From assembly GCF_033153115.1 (NCBI RefSeq), contig NW_026889794.1, positions 2,170,001 through 2,234,000 of the forward strand: a DNA stretch of 64,000 nt. The letters run 5' to 3'. The notes under the pieces are model-generated. The model was not told the origin of the DNA. It ran no database searches and saw only the letters and a program-made list of their open reading frames with translations. Shown here piece after piece: positions 34,800 through 62,708 of this stretch. A program made the translations under genes and the position numbers. This DNA is from Saccostrea echinata. Taxonomy: Eukaryota. Numbering within the stretch: position 1 is the stretch's first letter; each line of letters starts with the position of its first letter.

Positions 34800-35209
34800 A
34801 GACATCCCCGCTCCTTCCCAACCACACACGTACTGAATTCAGAAAATAGTCAATGAATAGTACATGAATCTATGTAAACGATGAACAAACAAGCCCCCTT
34901 TTCTATATTAGTTTTTACTTAATACCGTCATCCTAAAATAAAGTTTTTTTTCTCAAAAAATTTCTTGTGGTCGCCCCCTATCTCCTTTTTTCAATTCATT
35001 TAACGATATATAGATTACTATAGTAAACATAGATAATATATATGCTTGTGCCCCCTGAATAAAAACGTCTGATGACCTTTTTTTTTCTTGTCAAGGAATT
35101 TTTGGTAGTTGATGTACTTTATTTTTTTTATTATTAGTTTTGTTTTTTGCTTGTCGGGAAAGTTTTGGTAGTGCCCTCTCAACTGTCAACTGAAAAATGT
35201 ATGGCTGCG

Positions 35210-35242
<33 letters not shown>

Positions 35243-35553
35243 ACTGAAATTGCTTCCTACGGGCCTGCAATTCCAAGATCCACTTCTATCGCTATATAAT
35301 TTTATAGATGGGTATATCACATAATGAGTCTAACTTAATAATTTCTTTTATTTTCATAGGATGCTCAGTTTCTCAAACGAGGTATAATTTTTGAGACACA
35401 CTGTAGGAAATCTGGTTAGAGTGATCTCCCTTGATATTAGCGAATTCTCGCACACTACGTGACTCAGCGTGACATTGTTGTCAACAGAAACAGGACAGCA
35501 AGACAGTTCTTGCTTAGAAAACAGAGGCTCACAGAGTATATACTACAGTAATC

Positions 35554-37660
35554 ATGGATGAATTTCAGACTGGAGAAGAGGTAAGACATATTTTAATAAA
35601 CAATTATCGTTCCAGTTGCACATAAGTGTGTTCAAAGGGTACCCCAAATTGTCAAATTATTAATGACACAATTTTCATCTTGCTTTTCAGACAGCATTTG
35701 TCACAGATGAAGTTACAAACATAGTGAAAGAGGTTTGAATATTTTAATATGGTGTTCTCATTTTTTTCATGAGTGATATGGGGTAAAAGATAAAAGCTAT
35801 TAGATTAATATAAGCTTAGTATTTGATGAATTATTACAGAAATACCTAGGCATGTTTCTTTGGAGATATCAAATACTTTTGCCTATATAATCTATATCTC
35901 TTGTTGTAATCGGGCCTCTCACACATATCTGAAATTTGATCAACAAGCAAATAGTTTAAACATTGCTTGACAATGACATGCAAAGTTTTTGTAAAAGTGT
36001 CCCTTTTTTATAATGACAGCTTACTACTCTGATAGCACCATCCTCACATAGATGCATGAAATGTAACATCAATTTTTAAAAATATTTTTGCAATTTACAC
36101 TGTGTATGTAAATTGGATATATACATTTTTTTCACTTTAGGCTATAGAAAGTACCATTGGTCCAAATTCTTATCAACACAACAAAGTGAACCAGTGGACG
36201 TCAAATGTAGTGGAACAGTGTTTAAATCAGCTAACAAAATTAGGGAAGCCCTTCAAATATATTGGTAAGGTCATAAATTCAGCAAGTTTTATACACTGTG
36301 TTTGAAATCAGTTTGATTGCCCACTGGTTGTTACATGTATGTGTACCTTTCAATTATAGTTACATGTTATTAAAATTAATAAAGTTGTTACACCTACAAT
36401 ACAAATAGTTACAAGCATCTTGATGAAAAAGACTGGATCAGGTTTACATGTGGCTTACTCCTGTTACTGGGAGGGGGCCACAGACAGTCAGTACTAGGGC
36501 TTTAGCTTCTGAAAATTTAAAGCATTTCTAAGTTTTGTGGTAAAGGTGTAAAGTTTAAGAAATTTATATGTGTGTATATGTTTACCACATTTTTTAGTGT
36601 ATAGATAGTAATAGAGGTATTTGATTTTCCAGTTACCTGTGTAATTATGCAGAAGAATGGTGCAGGGTTACATACAGCTAGCTCCTGTTTTTGGGACAAT
36701 GGCACAGATGGTGGGTTCTTCTTTTGTTTTAGACACTGACAGAAATCGATTTTTTATGATGACTAACTTGTTATCGGTACAGGTAAACTTCGATGTCTTG
36801 ATATCTGCAAGACTATCACAAAATGACATGATATCTAGGGTATAGAAATATAGAAGACACCCTGTGTCCAGTATTTCATAGCAAAACAATGAAAGGTTAA
36901 TAAATTATTGACATTTCATATCCATATAAACCCTGGGTGTTTGAAAGTTTCCTCCATGGGCTTGTATATCTCTTTACTCACATACAATTTTGTTAAAAAA
37001 AAATGATATATTCATTGCTTACATATCTTTTACCTTTTGAGAGTCAAGATTACCTTATTAATGTTTTTGTAAATCATTCATATAGTAAATTTGGACCATA
37101 GAAAGACATAGCATACCCTGCTTTGACAACAAACATGTATCTGAGGCCAATAATGGATATTCTGAAGTTTACCTGTATTTGTAATGATTATTGCTTGGAT
37201 TATAAAATATCTAAAATAACCACAATGCATTTGTAGTTACGAGTACAAAAACCTCAGGTTTTGCTAAATGGGGAATTTTAAGCTGAAAAATAAAGTCTTG
37301 ATATATTTACTTGAAACTCTCTGTGATTAAGTTCAGTAAGATTGGATTTTATATTGCACTAAGTCCCTTGTAAGCTTTTTGAATAAGAAAATTTAAAAGA
37401 AAAAAAAAAGAGAACCAAGGCAGTTTTCTTCTTTTAAGTTTATTAATATCGAAAATTAAGTTCAGTGAGATTGGATTTTAAATGCAATTAGTCCATTTTA
37501 AGCTTTTTGAAAAAGAAAATTCAAAAGAAAAGAACTAAGTCAGTTTTCATCTTTAAAGTTTATTTATTTTGAAAATTCTTGTTTTGTAGGAAGTTGCACA
37601 GTGAGATGGGAGAACAAAACAATGTATTGTATTGTTAGTGTGTTTGGTTTGGCAATCTAA
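35554..37660 (+). CDS. DYNLT1: Dynein light chain Tctex-type 1, 113 aa (canonical isoform, using exon 36633-36710)
   Basis: Exons 35554-35580, 35691-35732, 36141-36264, 36633-36710, 37590-37660. Translation [113 protein letters not shown]. Confidence 0.97.
36409..36486 (+). CDS. DYNLT1: Duplicated alternative exon 4a of DYNLT1 (candidate mutually exclusive exon)
   Basis: 78 nt, bounded by AG and GTCAGT, same length and phase as exon 36633-36710. Encodes (V)[25 protein letters not shown] with no stop or indel. Confidence 0.7.
36780..37175. mobile_element. Tc1/mariner-pogo-like MITE
   Basis: TA|CAGGTAAACTTC ... GAAGTTTACCTG|TA. Confidence 0.75.
37326..37573. repeat. ~130-bp diverged tandem duplication in the last DYNLT1 intron
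   Basis: ATTAAGTTCAGT(A/G)AGATTGGATTTTA...AAGCTTTTTGAA...CAGTTTTC occurs twice. Confidence 0.75.
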
Positions 37661-38572
37661 GGAGAAGGGGGTATAACTACCAAAGGGGGGAATAATTTGT
37701 GACACAGACTTGTGACTGTTCAGAGGACAATAAAAAAGTGACAAACTTCCATTTTCATTCTTATGGGTCTTGAAGATGTAGGCCTGCTTCAGCAATTTGC
37801 TTCAAGAAGCAATGTAATTCATTTTCTTTGTACACATGCAAATGAAGATAGCTGTGTTTCTTTTGTAAAGGCCTTGTGGATTAATTACATTTTTATTTCT
37901 AATTTTAATGATCAATGCATGTACATGTATGTGCACTTGTATAGATATAAACGCCAAGAAATCTGTACATTTTATTAGAGAGATATATTTGTAGACACAA
38001 TTTCCATCCAGTTGTTGAAGATGTTTCTGTGATACACCCATCAGAGTTTCTCCTTCTCAAATAGAGTTTTTCTTTTTAAAGAAGACTGTTAACATTTAAT
38101 AAATTATAACATAGCAATTTCTTCAGTAAAGTGAACAAAATAAGGAACAGATTGTCTTAATGTCATGCTTACATTATTTTTGTTTCAAATTTTAATTCTA
38201 TTTAATATATTTATTCCATCATTTGTACATAATGTACTTCTTATAGAACATAATAAAATTTTGTGTTCAGCTAAATTTGCTTGTATTTATGTGATAATTT
38301 CAAACTAGGGATGGCTCTTTTATTGTTTGTTAATCTGTTGGAAAGAGTAACTTTGTTTTCATCTTGATTTGACAGTGTGTACTCGGATCACATTCAAAAA
38401 CATTCAGATAATATGTGTTCGAAAATTAATATCCAGGTAACACCCTTGTAAAATTGAATTTCAATTATGTTGATAAGAGTTAGAAGACCGATAACAGAAC
38501 AAAAGTCTCTGATAGTGAAAGACCCACCGTTCTACAGAAGTATTAATGATGCTTATTTACTACAATAGAATG

Positions 38573-39604
38573 CAAAGAATCTGGGGGGATAAGACGAGCC
38601 ATGTGCCCATGCCCGTTTTTCGACTATGCAGTAACATTTATTGGAAAAAATCTCTCAATTGTTCGAATTTACTTAAGCATTTTAATGATATTTATATTCT
38701 AAACAAGCTAAACAGTTGACTTTCATTTACTGTCACAAATGTCTAACATGGGTAAGGACTTCTATTAATTAATCTGCATATTGAGTGTTTACACTTATTG
38801 TGGAGATATTATAAAAATACTAACATCGTATATAATGATAATGGTGATCTAGAAGCACTTTTATTTAAAGTAAATAAAAACGGGAATAAAAGTATTCAAA
38901 TACATGTATCTATTATAATTTTATCCGGCATTTTAAATAATTTACTGTAAATAAGTTCATTACTACATGTATATATTTTATTTCCAGTGAAAAATATGTT
39001 ATTCCTATAGACATTTTTTATGAAGTAAAACAAAATTAAAACAAAAAAAAATCAAAAAATCAGAGCATGACTCGATCACTTTCCTCAATAAACGTCCCTT
39101 AAAAGAGCTCCTCGCTAACCACTAGACCACGGAGTCACACTTACATGTCTATTTAAATAGCATACAGTTCTCTATATTTAGCAAGCGTTTTTGGACTTAG
39201 AATTTTTTAAGACCACGGTGAAAATTTAAGTAAGTTAACTTAATTTTTTATGTAGAGTGGGTCTTCATACCAAATTTTTGCAAGTGAAAAAAGCAACATC
39301 TTTCCATTGCCTTTCATTAATCGTTCTCAAAAAAATGGTACGATGACCCACTCTATTTAAAAAATGTAGTTATATCATCCAAATTATGTCAGTTTCTGTG
39401 AAAATTGAGCGTGATGCCATTTTGTTGTGTTAATCAGAATCATTTTCGCTGTTACAGTATTCAGGTTTTGTCAAATTTGTATGCAAATGGTAATAAGCAT
39501 TACATTAATTCAACAAAAAGTGAAATTTTTGTAAAATGAATTTATTGATTTTTTATCGATCGTTTTGTAGGCATATGGCTCGGCTTATCCCCCCAGTTTC
39601 TTTA
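38573..39604. mobile_element. Non-autonomous DNA transposon with TIRs
   Basis: AAAGAATCTGGGGGGATAAGACGAGCCAT ... ATGGCTCGGCTTATCCCCCCAGTTTCTTT. Confidence 0.7.
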
Positions 39605-40045
39605 CCCTTTCAAGTGATGAAAAATAGAGCACAATTAAAACGGTGATTAATGATAAAATACCCAGGCTCATTTTTAATGATTATAACAAACAAGTTATTT
39701 TCCAGTCTTGTAAACAAACAGAATTTTGTGGGTACATTGATCAGGAACTGCTCCAGTCTTTGTATATTAAAGGAATGACATTTAATAATTGCTTTTTAAT
39801 TACATTTTTTTTAAGGTTCTGCTATTTATCATCTATCATCTTTAACGTCAGATAAGACATATCAGAGGTAACTACTTTCCCTCATACATAATATCAAAAT
39901 AACATTTGTCAATCATTTTATCAAATACAAAAGCAGAATTTGTTACTTAGCCAGAATAAAGCAACTTCTGATGGCTATTAACCTACACTACAATATGGCC
40001 AAAGAAAGATTTCTCATTGAATAGCAAGTATATAATTATACTTAT

Positions 40046-41510
40046 CAAGAGGCCCAAGGGCCTGGTCACCTGAGTATAATACAATATTGTAGAAGGATCC
40101 ACAGAAGTATAAATAAAACAAAAAATGAACTGATAGATGATCGAAGCTATGTTGCTCAAAAGCAACAAAATCAGATGATCAGGGATCAACAAAATAATTA
40201 GTCTATTACTCAGTAACAAATGTTAAAGCAGATCTATTTACTTGTCAGTACCTGACCCCATTTGTCACTATCACCATTCTGACTAAACAAAACAAAAGTG
40301 CTTCAGCACTATTGGAATACCAATTGCATTCCCTCTCACACTGGTCTCTCAATTTTAAAAGAGGCACATTTGCTAATCATAACTATGCACTTATTTTGAT
40401 TGTATGCTGAATACCCAGGAGCAGAGAAGATTTTCAAAAAATTTATATACAGTTTCATACACTGTATGATTATTAGAGCCATGCCCAAATGCCAGAGCCC
40501 CTGACCCTGGTGCCACAAATTTCACAATTTTGGAAAAGGCACCCTTGCTCATCATAACAATGCACCTAATAAAATTTGCTAAAAATGCAGGGGAGAGAAG
40601 ATGATTTTTAAAGGATTTATGCTTTCTCACTATATGATCATTAGAGCCCTGCCCTAACACCAGAGCCCCTGACCCTGGGGCAACAAATTTGACAATTTTG
40701 AAAAAGGCTACCTCACTCATCATAACCAGGCACCTAGTTTATCTGCTCAATATACAGGGGGAGAGAAGATATTTAAAAAATTAATGCATTTTCAATATAT
40801 GATCATTACAACCCCACCCTAATGCTAGAACCCATTACCCTGGGCTCATATATTTCATAATTTTGAAAGAGGCACCCTTGCTCATAACCAGGGACCTAGT
40901 TTATCTGCTAAATATACAGGGGGAGAGAAGAAGATTTTTGAAGAATTTATGCATTTTCCACTACATGATCATTAGAGCCCCACCCTAACTCAAGAATCCC
41001 TGACCCTGGGGCCACAAATTTCACAATTCTGGAAGAGGCATCCTTGCTCATCATAATCATGCACCTAGTTAATTTTCTAAACATACAGGGGGAGAGAAGA
41101 GTGTTTTTGAAAAAATAAATGCATTTTCACTATATGATCATAAGAGCCCCATCCTTAACTCCGGAACCCCTGATTTTGGGGCCATGAATTTCACAATTTT
41201 GGTAGAGGGCTCAATGCTTTTTACAATCATGCCAACAGTTTGACTGCTTGATGCCCAGAAGTAAGGAAGACAATTTTTAAAGATGGCACTAATTTTTAAG
41301 GTTTTAGCCCCACCCCTCAGGCTGCAGGGGGGCAGGGATCATGAAATAAATAATTTTGTACCACTTTCACCAACTGATGCCAAAATTGGTTGAAATTGGT
41401 TCAGCGGTTCAAGAGAAGAAGCTGAAAATGTTCAAAAAGTTTATGACTGGTTGACGATGGACAAAAACTGATATATAGCAATAGGTCACCTGAGTCCCTC
41501 AGGTGACCAA
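40046..41510. mobile_element. Helentron/HINE element with internal ~160-180-bp tandem repeats
   Basis: CAAGAGGCCCAAGGGCCTGGTCACCTGAG start; repeats containing GACCCTGGGGCCACAAATTTCACAATTTTG; terminal hairpin GGTCACCTGAGTCCCTCAGGTGACC. Confidence 0.8.
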
Positions 41511-42595
41511 AAAACAAAATTAAGATAAAATGCAGAAAAAAATGGTTTTGGCAAAATTCTGCACTTTCTGGGAGCTATAATGGTTTTGCTGCTTTAAATT
41601 TTCTCTTTCCTGACACACAGATATACACACACAACATAGATACATGTAACCAGTACTAAATAATATGCAATTTAAATGAAACATCTTTTAATAAATACAT
41701 TTCCCATCTACAAAGTACAGTATTAATATTGCCTTTGTATTTTATTTTTATCTTGATTGCTTTTAAATAATAAATACAAAACAGTGAAAGAGGTGGAGAT
41801 TTCCACCTAGTAAAAAAATTCCATGAATCCACAGAATAAAGTCCTGGATATTTCTATGATGACTACATTTCACATAGACTGATACTTAGACAATAATTTA
41901 AGCATTTTTTTCAATGTTTTTTTTTACAGGAATAATGGAAAATATCTTTGCATCTTCATTCAGACCAGAAAATATTGCATGAAATGGGACATTTTCAAAG
42001 TCCTCCTCCTCTATGTTTTGTTTCACTGTTCAACATGTTCAAGGACCTTGACTATTGAGATATGCCCCCCTCCCTCCCCCTTTCCCCTGATGTTTTTGTT
42101 CTACTGCTCAAGCACCTTGACTATTGAGAAATGACCTTGTCAAAGTTAGAACACAAATATGTAATATATGAATTATAATTTTTGTGTTTAAAAGTTTGGG
42201 AGGTATTATATAGACACAAAATATCAGCTTATAAAGGAACTGGAAAGGAAAAGCTATACATGTAAACCTCAACTTGTTTAGGCAGGGATATAAGAATTAT
42301 CAAGTGTGGTCTTATTTTACAATAGCAGAAGTGCAAACTTAACCTCATACATGTAGTAAACAATTAGTGTAACTGTAATGTTGTACAAGTAAAAACTTCA
42401 ATTAAAGGAAGGAATGTTTCATCCAATACCACTTGCAGCATCTCTTTAGCAAGTTCTGGTACATTGGTATATACACATTTCAGTTATAATCACATAATAC
42501 ACAAGAAACTTCAATATATTTATTTTATGTAAATAGCATATAACAATAAGCATAACAGCATTAAAACCAGAATATCACATTTGGCGTTTGTGTCT

Positions 42596-57624
<15,029 letters not shown>

Positions 57625-57900
57625 TTTCAAACGCACAAATGATGAAGACGTTTTGGCAGCGTTCAAAAAGGATAATTCATACTTTGTTTAAGTAAAAAAA
57701 TCAGAAATAAGATTTTGTCCAGACATCCTACGTTTACTTTAATCGTTTATTCATTTCTTTTATTTTTTAATCTTTTCATTTAACTAACTAAGAATAAACT
57801 GAATTCATTGAAGCTTCATTTTTTGTCGGATGTACGCGTCTTTCCAAAAGCGTGTAAGTGACATTGATGAGGTGTTGGAAGGGAAAGCTGCTGGGAGGTA
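57625..57900. promoter_or_regulatory. Putative bidirectional promoter CCDC174/TAF12
   Basis: CCDC174 ATG at 57624 (-) and a probable TAF12 5'UTR exon with donor GAG|GTAAAC near 57897 (+); locally CpG-richer. Confidence 0.5.
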
Positions 57901-58623
57901 AACAAAAACCTTGCTATTTATAATTATATATCAGACAACATGGGGGAGATTTCTCCTATGTAACTTATTTAAAAAGATTATTTTCCATATGACTGTGAAG
58001 TTTCATTTGATTTGTAGAAAACGCATCTCAAGGGCAGAATGCAGTGAAAGAATATTTTGTTCTGATGTTGAGTGGGAATGTGAGAATACAGTGTACCTTA
58101 CTCTGATTTTCCAATCCGCTTGTCTCTGGTACTGCAGTTAGAGACAGGGTTTGTACGAAGCTTGTTTCACAAAGAACTGTTTTGTGGTAAGAATTTGTGT
58201 AGACATTTCATGGCAATGGGAAAAAATACAACATCTGGATTAACTGTGAAATCTTTAGCACATTTATTCCATTTTGAGTCCCTTCTTGAAGAGATGAGTG
58301 GTCACTTATAACAGTTTACCATACTAAAAAAAAAGTTTAAGGTATGATCCAATGTTTTACTCAGAGGGAGGATTAATCTCAGCGTGATTCGTTGAAACTA
58401 AAAATTTTGTACTGACATCTCTTCGGGAGGGACGTTGATACCAAATTTTTAGAGATAAAGGGAGGATATGATATCTTCTTCCATTGAAGTTAAGGTCAAG
58501 ATCTAGTAAATGGAAGGTGCCTACAGGTTTCTCTAATTTGAGAAATAAATTCCTTTAATGATGCTTTATAACTTTAGCTTGGTCAAATAAGGTGTTTCGG
58601 GGTATAATTTGTAGGTAAGCAAG

Positions 58624-58736
58624 TAGCTGCAATAATGTAGCCCTCTCCGATTTTTTTTTTTTTTTTTTTGGAGAGGGCTCCTCTCCTGAAAATATCAGAT
58701 TAAAAAAAATCGGAGAGGGCTACATTATTGCAGCTA
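58624..58736. mobile_element. 113-bp deletion derivative of the same AcademH-like family as 46391-47173
   Basis: Same TIRs; perfect 9-bp TSD GTAAGCAAG on both sides. Confidence 0.85.
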
Positions 58737-59499
58737 GTAAGCAAGAAGAAAAATCATATTTTAGACTGTCATTTTCAATGAAAAACAAAGAAAACCAGTC
58801 ATGAATACAAGAGTTTTTTCCATATCAGACAAAATAAATGTATCCAGATTGCCTACAGTCTCTCAGAAAATGGTAATTTGTATGTTCTTGGCCTCTTCTT
58901 TAAGATAATATTAAATTGAATATAGGTATCGGGATTACTTTTCACATGATTTCAAATTGAATTCCATGAAAATACTTGATTTTGTACATAAATCTATTAG
59001 AGCCGTAAAATACGGGAAAAAGAAAGTTGAAATTGATTATGACGTCATAATGGATCTAGCACCAAATAGTAGTCTAAAGCATTTACTAGATCTTGACCTT
59101 AAGAGCTGCTACTAGCATTATCTCACTTTAGTTAAAAAGCGTGTGTGAGAGGGGGATAGTAACTCTTTACATTTCTCAGACAAGTCAAAATATGCCAAGA
59201 CTAAGGTGGATGTCATTTCAAGTTTTATCCAGTGATGAATGAGTTTTTGCCCCTTACTGCTATGAAAAGCATAGTATAGCCTTCAATATTTTTTTTTTTG
59301 AGGCATATATAGATTTAGGTTTTTCCACATGTTCCAGGCATGTGTTTTGATAGTCATGTTATTAATAATATTAAATGGCACTGTTTATCTGTCTGTTTCC
59401 ATCTGGATAGTTCAATATTCTGGACTTTTTTTTGTTATGCTTTGAGGTAGGAACTTGGAGCTATAGATTGAATTTCTACATTGATTAACTTTACAGGCC

Positions 59500-60078
59500 A
59501 TGAATCCATCTGTGAATAAGTTGCCAGATGGGTCACAAATTATTGGCACTACCACAACAGTTCAGCCCATTGCCATTCAACAGCCAATAGGAGTCAGGCA
59601 GCAGATCCCCGCAACAATCCCAGGAACTCCCACACAGGCTGAGACGAAGGTTCTGGACAAGAGACGTCTGCAGGAACTGGTCAAAGAGATCGATCCCATG
59701 GAACAACTGGATGAGGATGTTGAAGAGGTAGTGTTAAGCTTGCATACATGTGTATCTTTGAATATGGCATTTGGTAAGATAAGGGAAGGCTAAAAATGGC
59801 TTGATCTGCATTCTTACACTTGTTTGATATATATTTAGATTATTCTGTAAATGTCATTGCAAGTTTAGAGCCTTTTATAAAGATATGTTTGTGTCCCAAT
59901 TACATTGAAGATTTTTGGAGAAGGATAATTGAGTCTAGTCAGTCTGTTTGGACACAACCTTAGCTTAAGACGTAATTACTTTGTGATGAAAGTAGAATAT
60001 AAATTAGGTTTTAGTTTGCTTGGACGACAAAAATCAAATATGAATTTTTTCCTGCCAATTAATATGACTTTCTCTTGA

Positions 60079-60140
<62 letters not shown>

Positions 60141-60167
60141 TGTCGTCGTCGGCGGCGTCGTTGTTGT

Positions 60168-60204
<37 letters not shown>

Positions 60205-60222
60205 TACTGGGCCAATTTCAAT

Positions 60223-60282
<60 letters not shown>

Positions 60283-60291
60283 AAGCCCTCC

Positions 60292-60323
<32 letters not shown>

Positions 60324-62708
60324 ATTAATGGCATTATTGAAAAATCTTCTTCTCAAGAACCAGTGGGCCAGGAAAGATGAAACTCATGTGGAATTATTGT
60401 CAGGTAGTGTAGATTCAAGTTTGTTCAAATCATGACCCCCGGGGATAGGGTGGGGCCACAATGGACGATCAAAGTTTTACATAGGAATATATAGGAAAAA
60501 ATCTTCAAAAATCTTCTTCTCAAGAACAGCAAAGCTATGATTGGTCATATTTATTTGGAAGCATCCACAGGTGGTGTAGATTCAAGTTTGTACAAATCAT
60601 GACCCCCGGGGGTAGGGTGGGGCCACATTGGACGATCAAAGTTTTACATAGGTCTGGAATATATAGGAAAAATCTTCAAAAATCTTCTTCTCAAGAACAG
60701 CAAAGCTATGATTGGTCATATTTATATGGAAGCATCCTCAGGTGGTGTAGATTCAAGTTTGTTCAAATCATGACCCCCGGGGGTAGGGTGGGGCCACAAT
60801 GGACGATCAATGTTTAACATAGGTGTACATAGGAAAAATCTTCAAAAATCTTCTTCTCAAGAACAGCAAAGCTATGATTGGTCATATTTATTTGGAAGCA
60901 TCCTCATATAGTGTAGATTCAAGTTTGTACAAATCTTGACCCCCGGGGATAGGGTTGGTCCACAATGGACGATCAAAGTTTTACATAGGAATATATAGGA
61001 AAAATTTTCAAAAATCTTCTTCTCAAGAACAGCAAAGCTATGATTGGTCATATTTATATGGAAGCATCCTCAGGTGGTGTAGATTCAAGTTTGTTCAAAT
61101 CATGACCCCCGGGGGTAGGGTGGGGCCACAATGGACGATCAATGTTTAACATAGGTGTACATGGGAAAAATCTTCAAAAATCTTCTTCTCAAGAACAGCA
61201 AAGCTATGATTGGTCATATTTATTTGGAAGCATCCTCATATAGTGTAGATTCAAGTTTGTACAAATCTTGACCCCCAGGGATAGGGTTGGTCCACAATGG
61301 ACGATCAAAGTTTTACATAGGAATATATAGGAAAAATTTTCAAAAATCTTCTTCTCAAGAACAGCAAAGCTATGATTGGTCATATTTATATGGAAGCATC
61401 CTCAGGTGGTGTAGATTCAAGTTTGTTCAAATCATGACCCCCGGGGGTAGGGTGGGGCCACAATGAACGATCAAAGTTTTACATAGGAATATATAGAAAA
61501 AATCTTTAAAAATCTCAAGAACAGCAGAGCCACGGTTTGTCATATTTATACGGAAGCATCCTCATATAGTGTAGATTCAAGTTTGTTCAAATCATGACCC
61601 CCCCCCCCCCCCCACTCCCTTTTTAGGGGTAGGTTGGGACCACTTATGCATTTAAGCTTTTCAATACTAAACTGATTTTTTCCTTTTTTCCTAGCCACAG
61701 TGCTCAGGTGAGCGATGTGGCCCTTGGGCCTCTTGTTTAAATTTTATTTTTATATGTGAGTTATTTTGTCGGAAAAAAATCGATTTAAGCACAATATTTT
61801 GTTTGGAAAAAATTTCAGGCATTGTTGAATATAGCTGATGACTTTATAGACAGCATTGTGACATCTGCCTGTCAAATTGCCAAGCACAGGAAGTCCAGTA
61901 CTCTAGACGTCAAAGATGTTCAACTTCATTTAGGTATCATACAGTATCAAACATGTGTATTATTTATGTTAATTATAAATATTAAGAAAGTTTTGATTTC
62001 TCACCAAGGTCAGGTAATGAGTAGTCAGTAAAAAAAGTTAGTTATAAAATGTCATGAAATACTTGTAAAAAAAGGGGAAAGTCTTTGTAAACTGTATATA
62101 TATATATATATTCCTTTTCAAGTATGAGACTTAGCTTTTGTGCCTCAGTTGATATACTGTATTTAATAGCAGGTAATTGAATAACAGATCCTGTGATGAA
62201 CCTTTAGCTAACTTGAGTAACCTGATTATCTTACAGAGCGTAACTGGAATATGTGGATTCCTGGATTTGGATTGGATGATCTGAAGCCGTATAAAAAGTC
62301 AGCAGCCACTGAGGCTCATAAACAGGTTAGAAATGTGTTGCTCATCAGTAAATCTTGTCTATATGTTAATCATGTAGTATTTTTACATGCTTGGTCAATA
62401 TGTATGATGTACTGTACAATGTTCTTGTATGCATTCATTCAAGCCTATATTGTCTATGTACATGACATTGTATAATTAAAACAATTCGCGAATTTTGCAT
62501 TGATGCAATCTTCCAGCAGTTATGAAAAAGTAATTGTATGAGTGAACCTGGGAGATACAGTTTGACTGCCTCTTACATTTAAAACCCATGTATATGCACA
62601 TGTAATATAGACATTTTAGATAAATTAACCAGATTGGACCTAATACTCAGTCCATTCTTTATTTTCCAGAGGATGGCACTTATCCGAAAAACTCTCAAAA
62701 AATATTAA
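59500..62708 (+). CDS. TAF12: TFIID subunit 12 (histone-fold TAF), ~156 aa
   Basis: Exons 59500-59727, 61819-61933, 62237-62325, 62670-62708. Translation [76 protein letters not shown]...[18 protein letters not shown]. Probable 5'UTR exon ends at the donor near 57897; AATAAA at ~62959. Confidence 0.97.
60080..61737. mobile_element. Helentron/HINE element carrying ~7 tandem 166-bp Cg170-like satellite monomers (TAF12 intron)
   Basis: TTTTTAGCTCACCTGAGCCGAAGGCTCAAGTGAGC start, GTC/GTT microsatellite, tandem units TTCAAGTTTGTTCAAATCATGACCCC..., end GCTCAGGTGAGCGATGTGGCCCTTGGGCCTCTTGTT. Confidence 0.88.

Noticed and set aside
35455-35495. TGACTCAGC (AP-1/ARE-like) and a loose X-box-like motif upstream of DYNLT1
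   Set aside because: Short motifs that can occur by chance; no independent support.
60599-61149. Repeated ORFs MTPGGRVGP... in the ORF track
   Set aside because: Translations of satellite monomers, not genes.
62192-62226. C-box/D-box-like motifs (TGATGA...CTGA) in a TAF12 intron
   Set aside because: Only ~34 nt long and overlapping the branch/acceptor region; too short for a C/D snoRNA.
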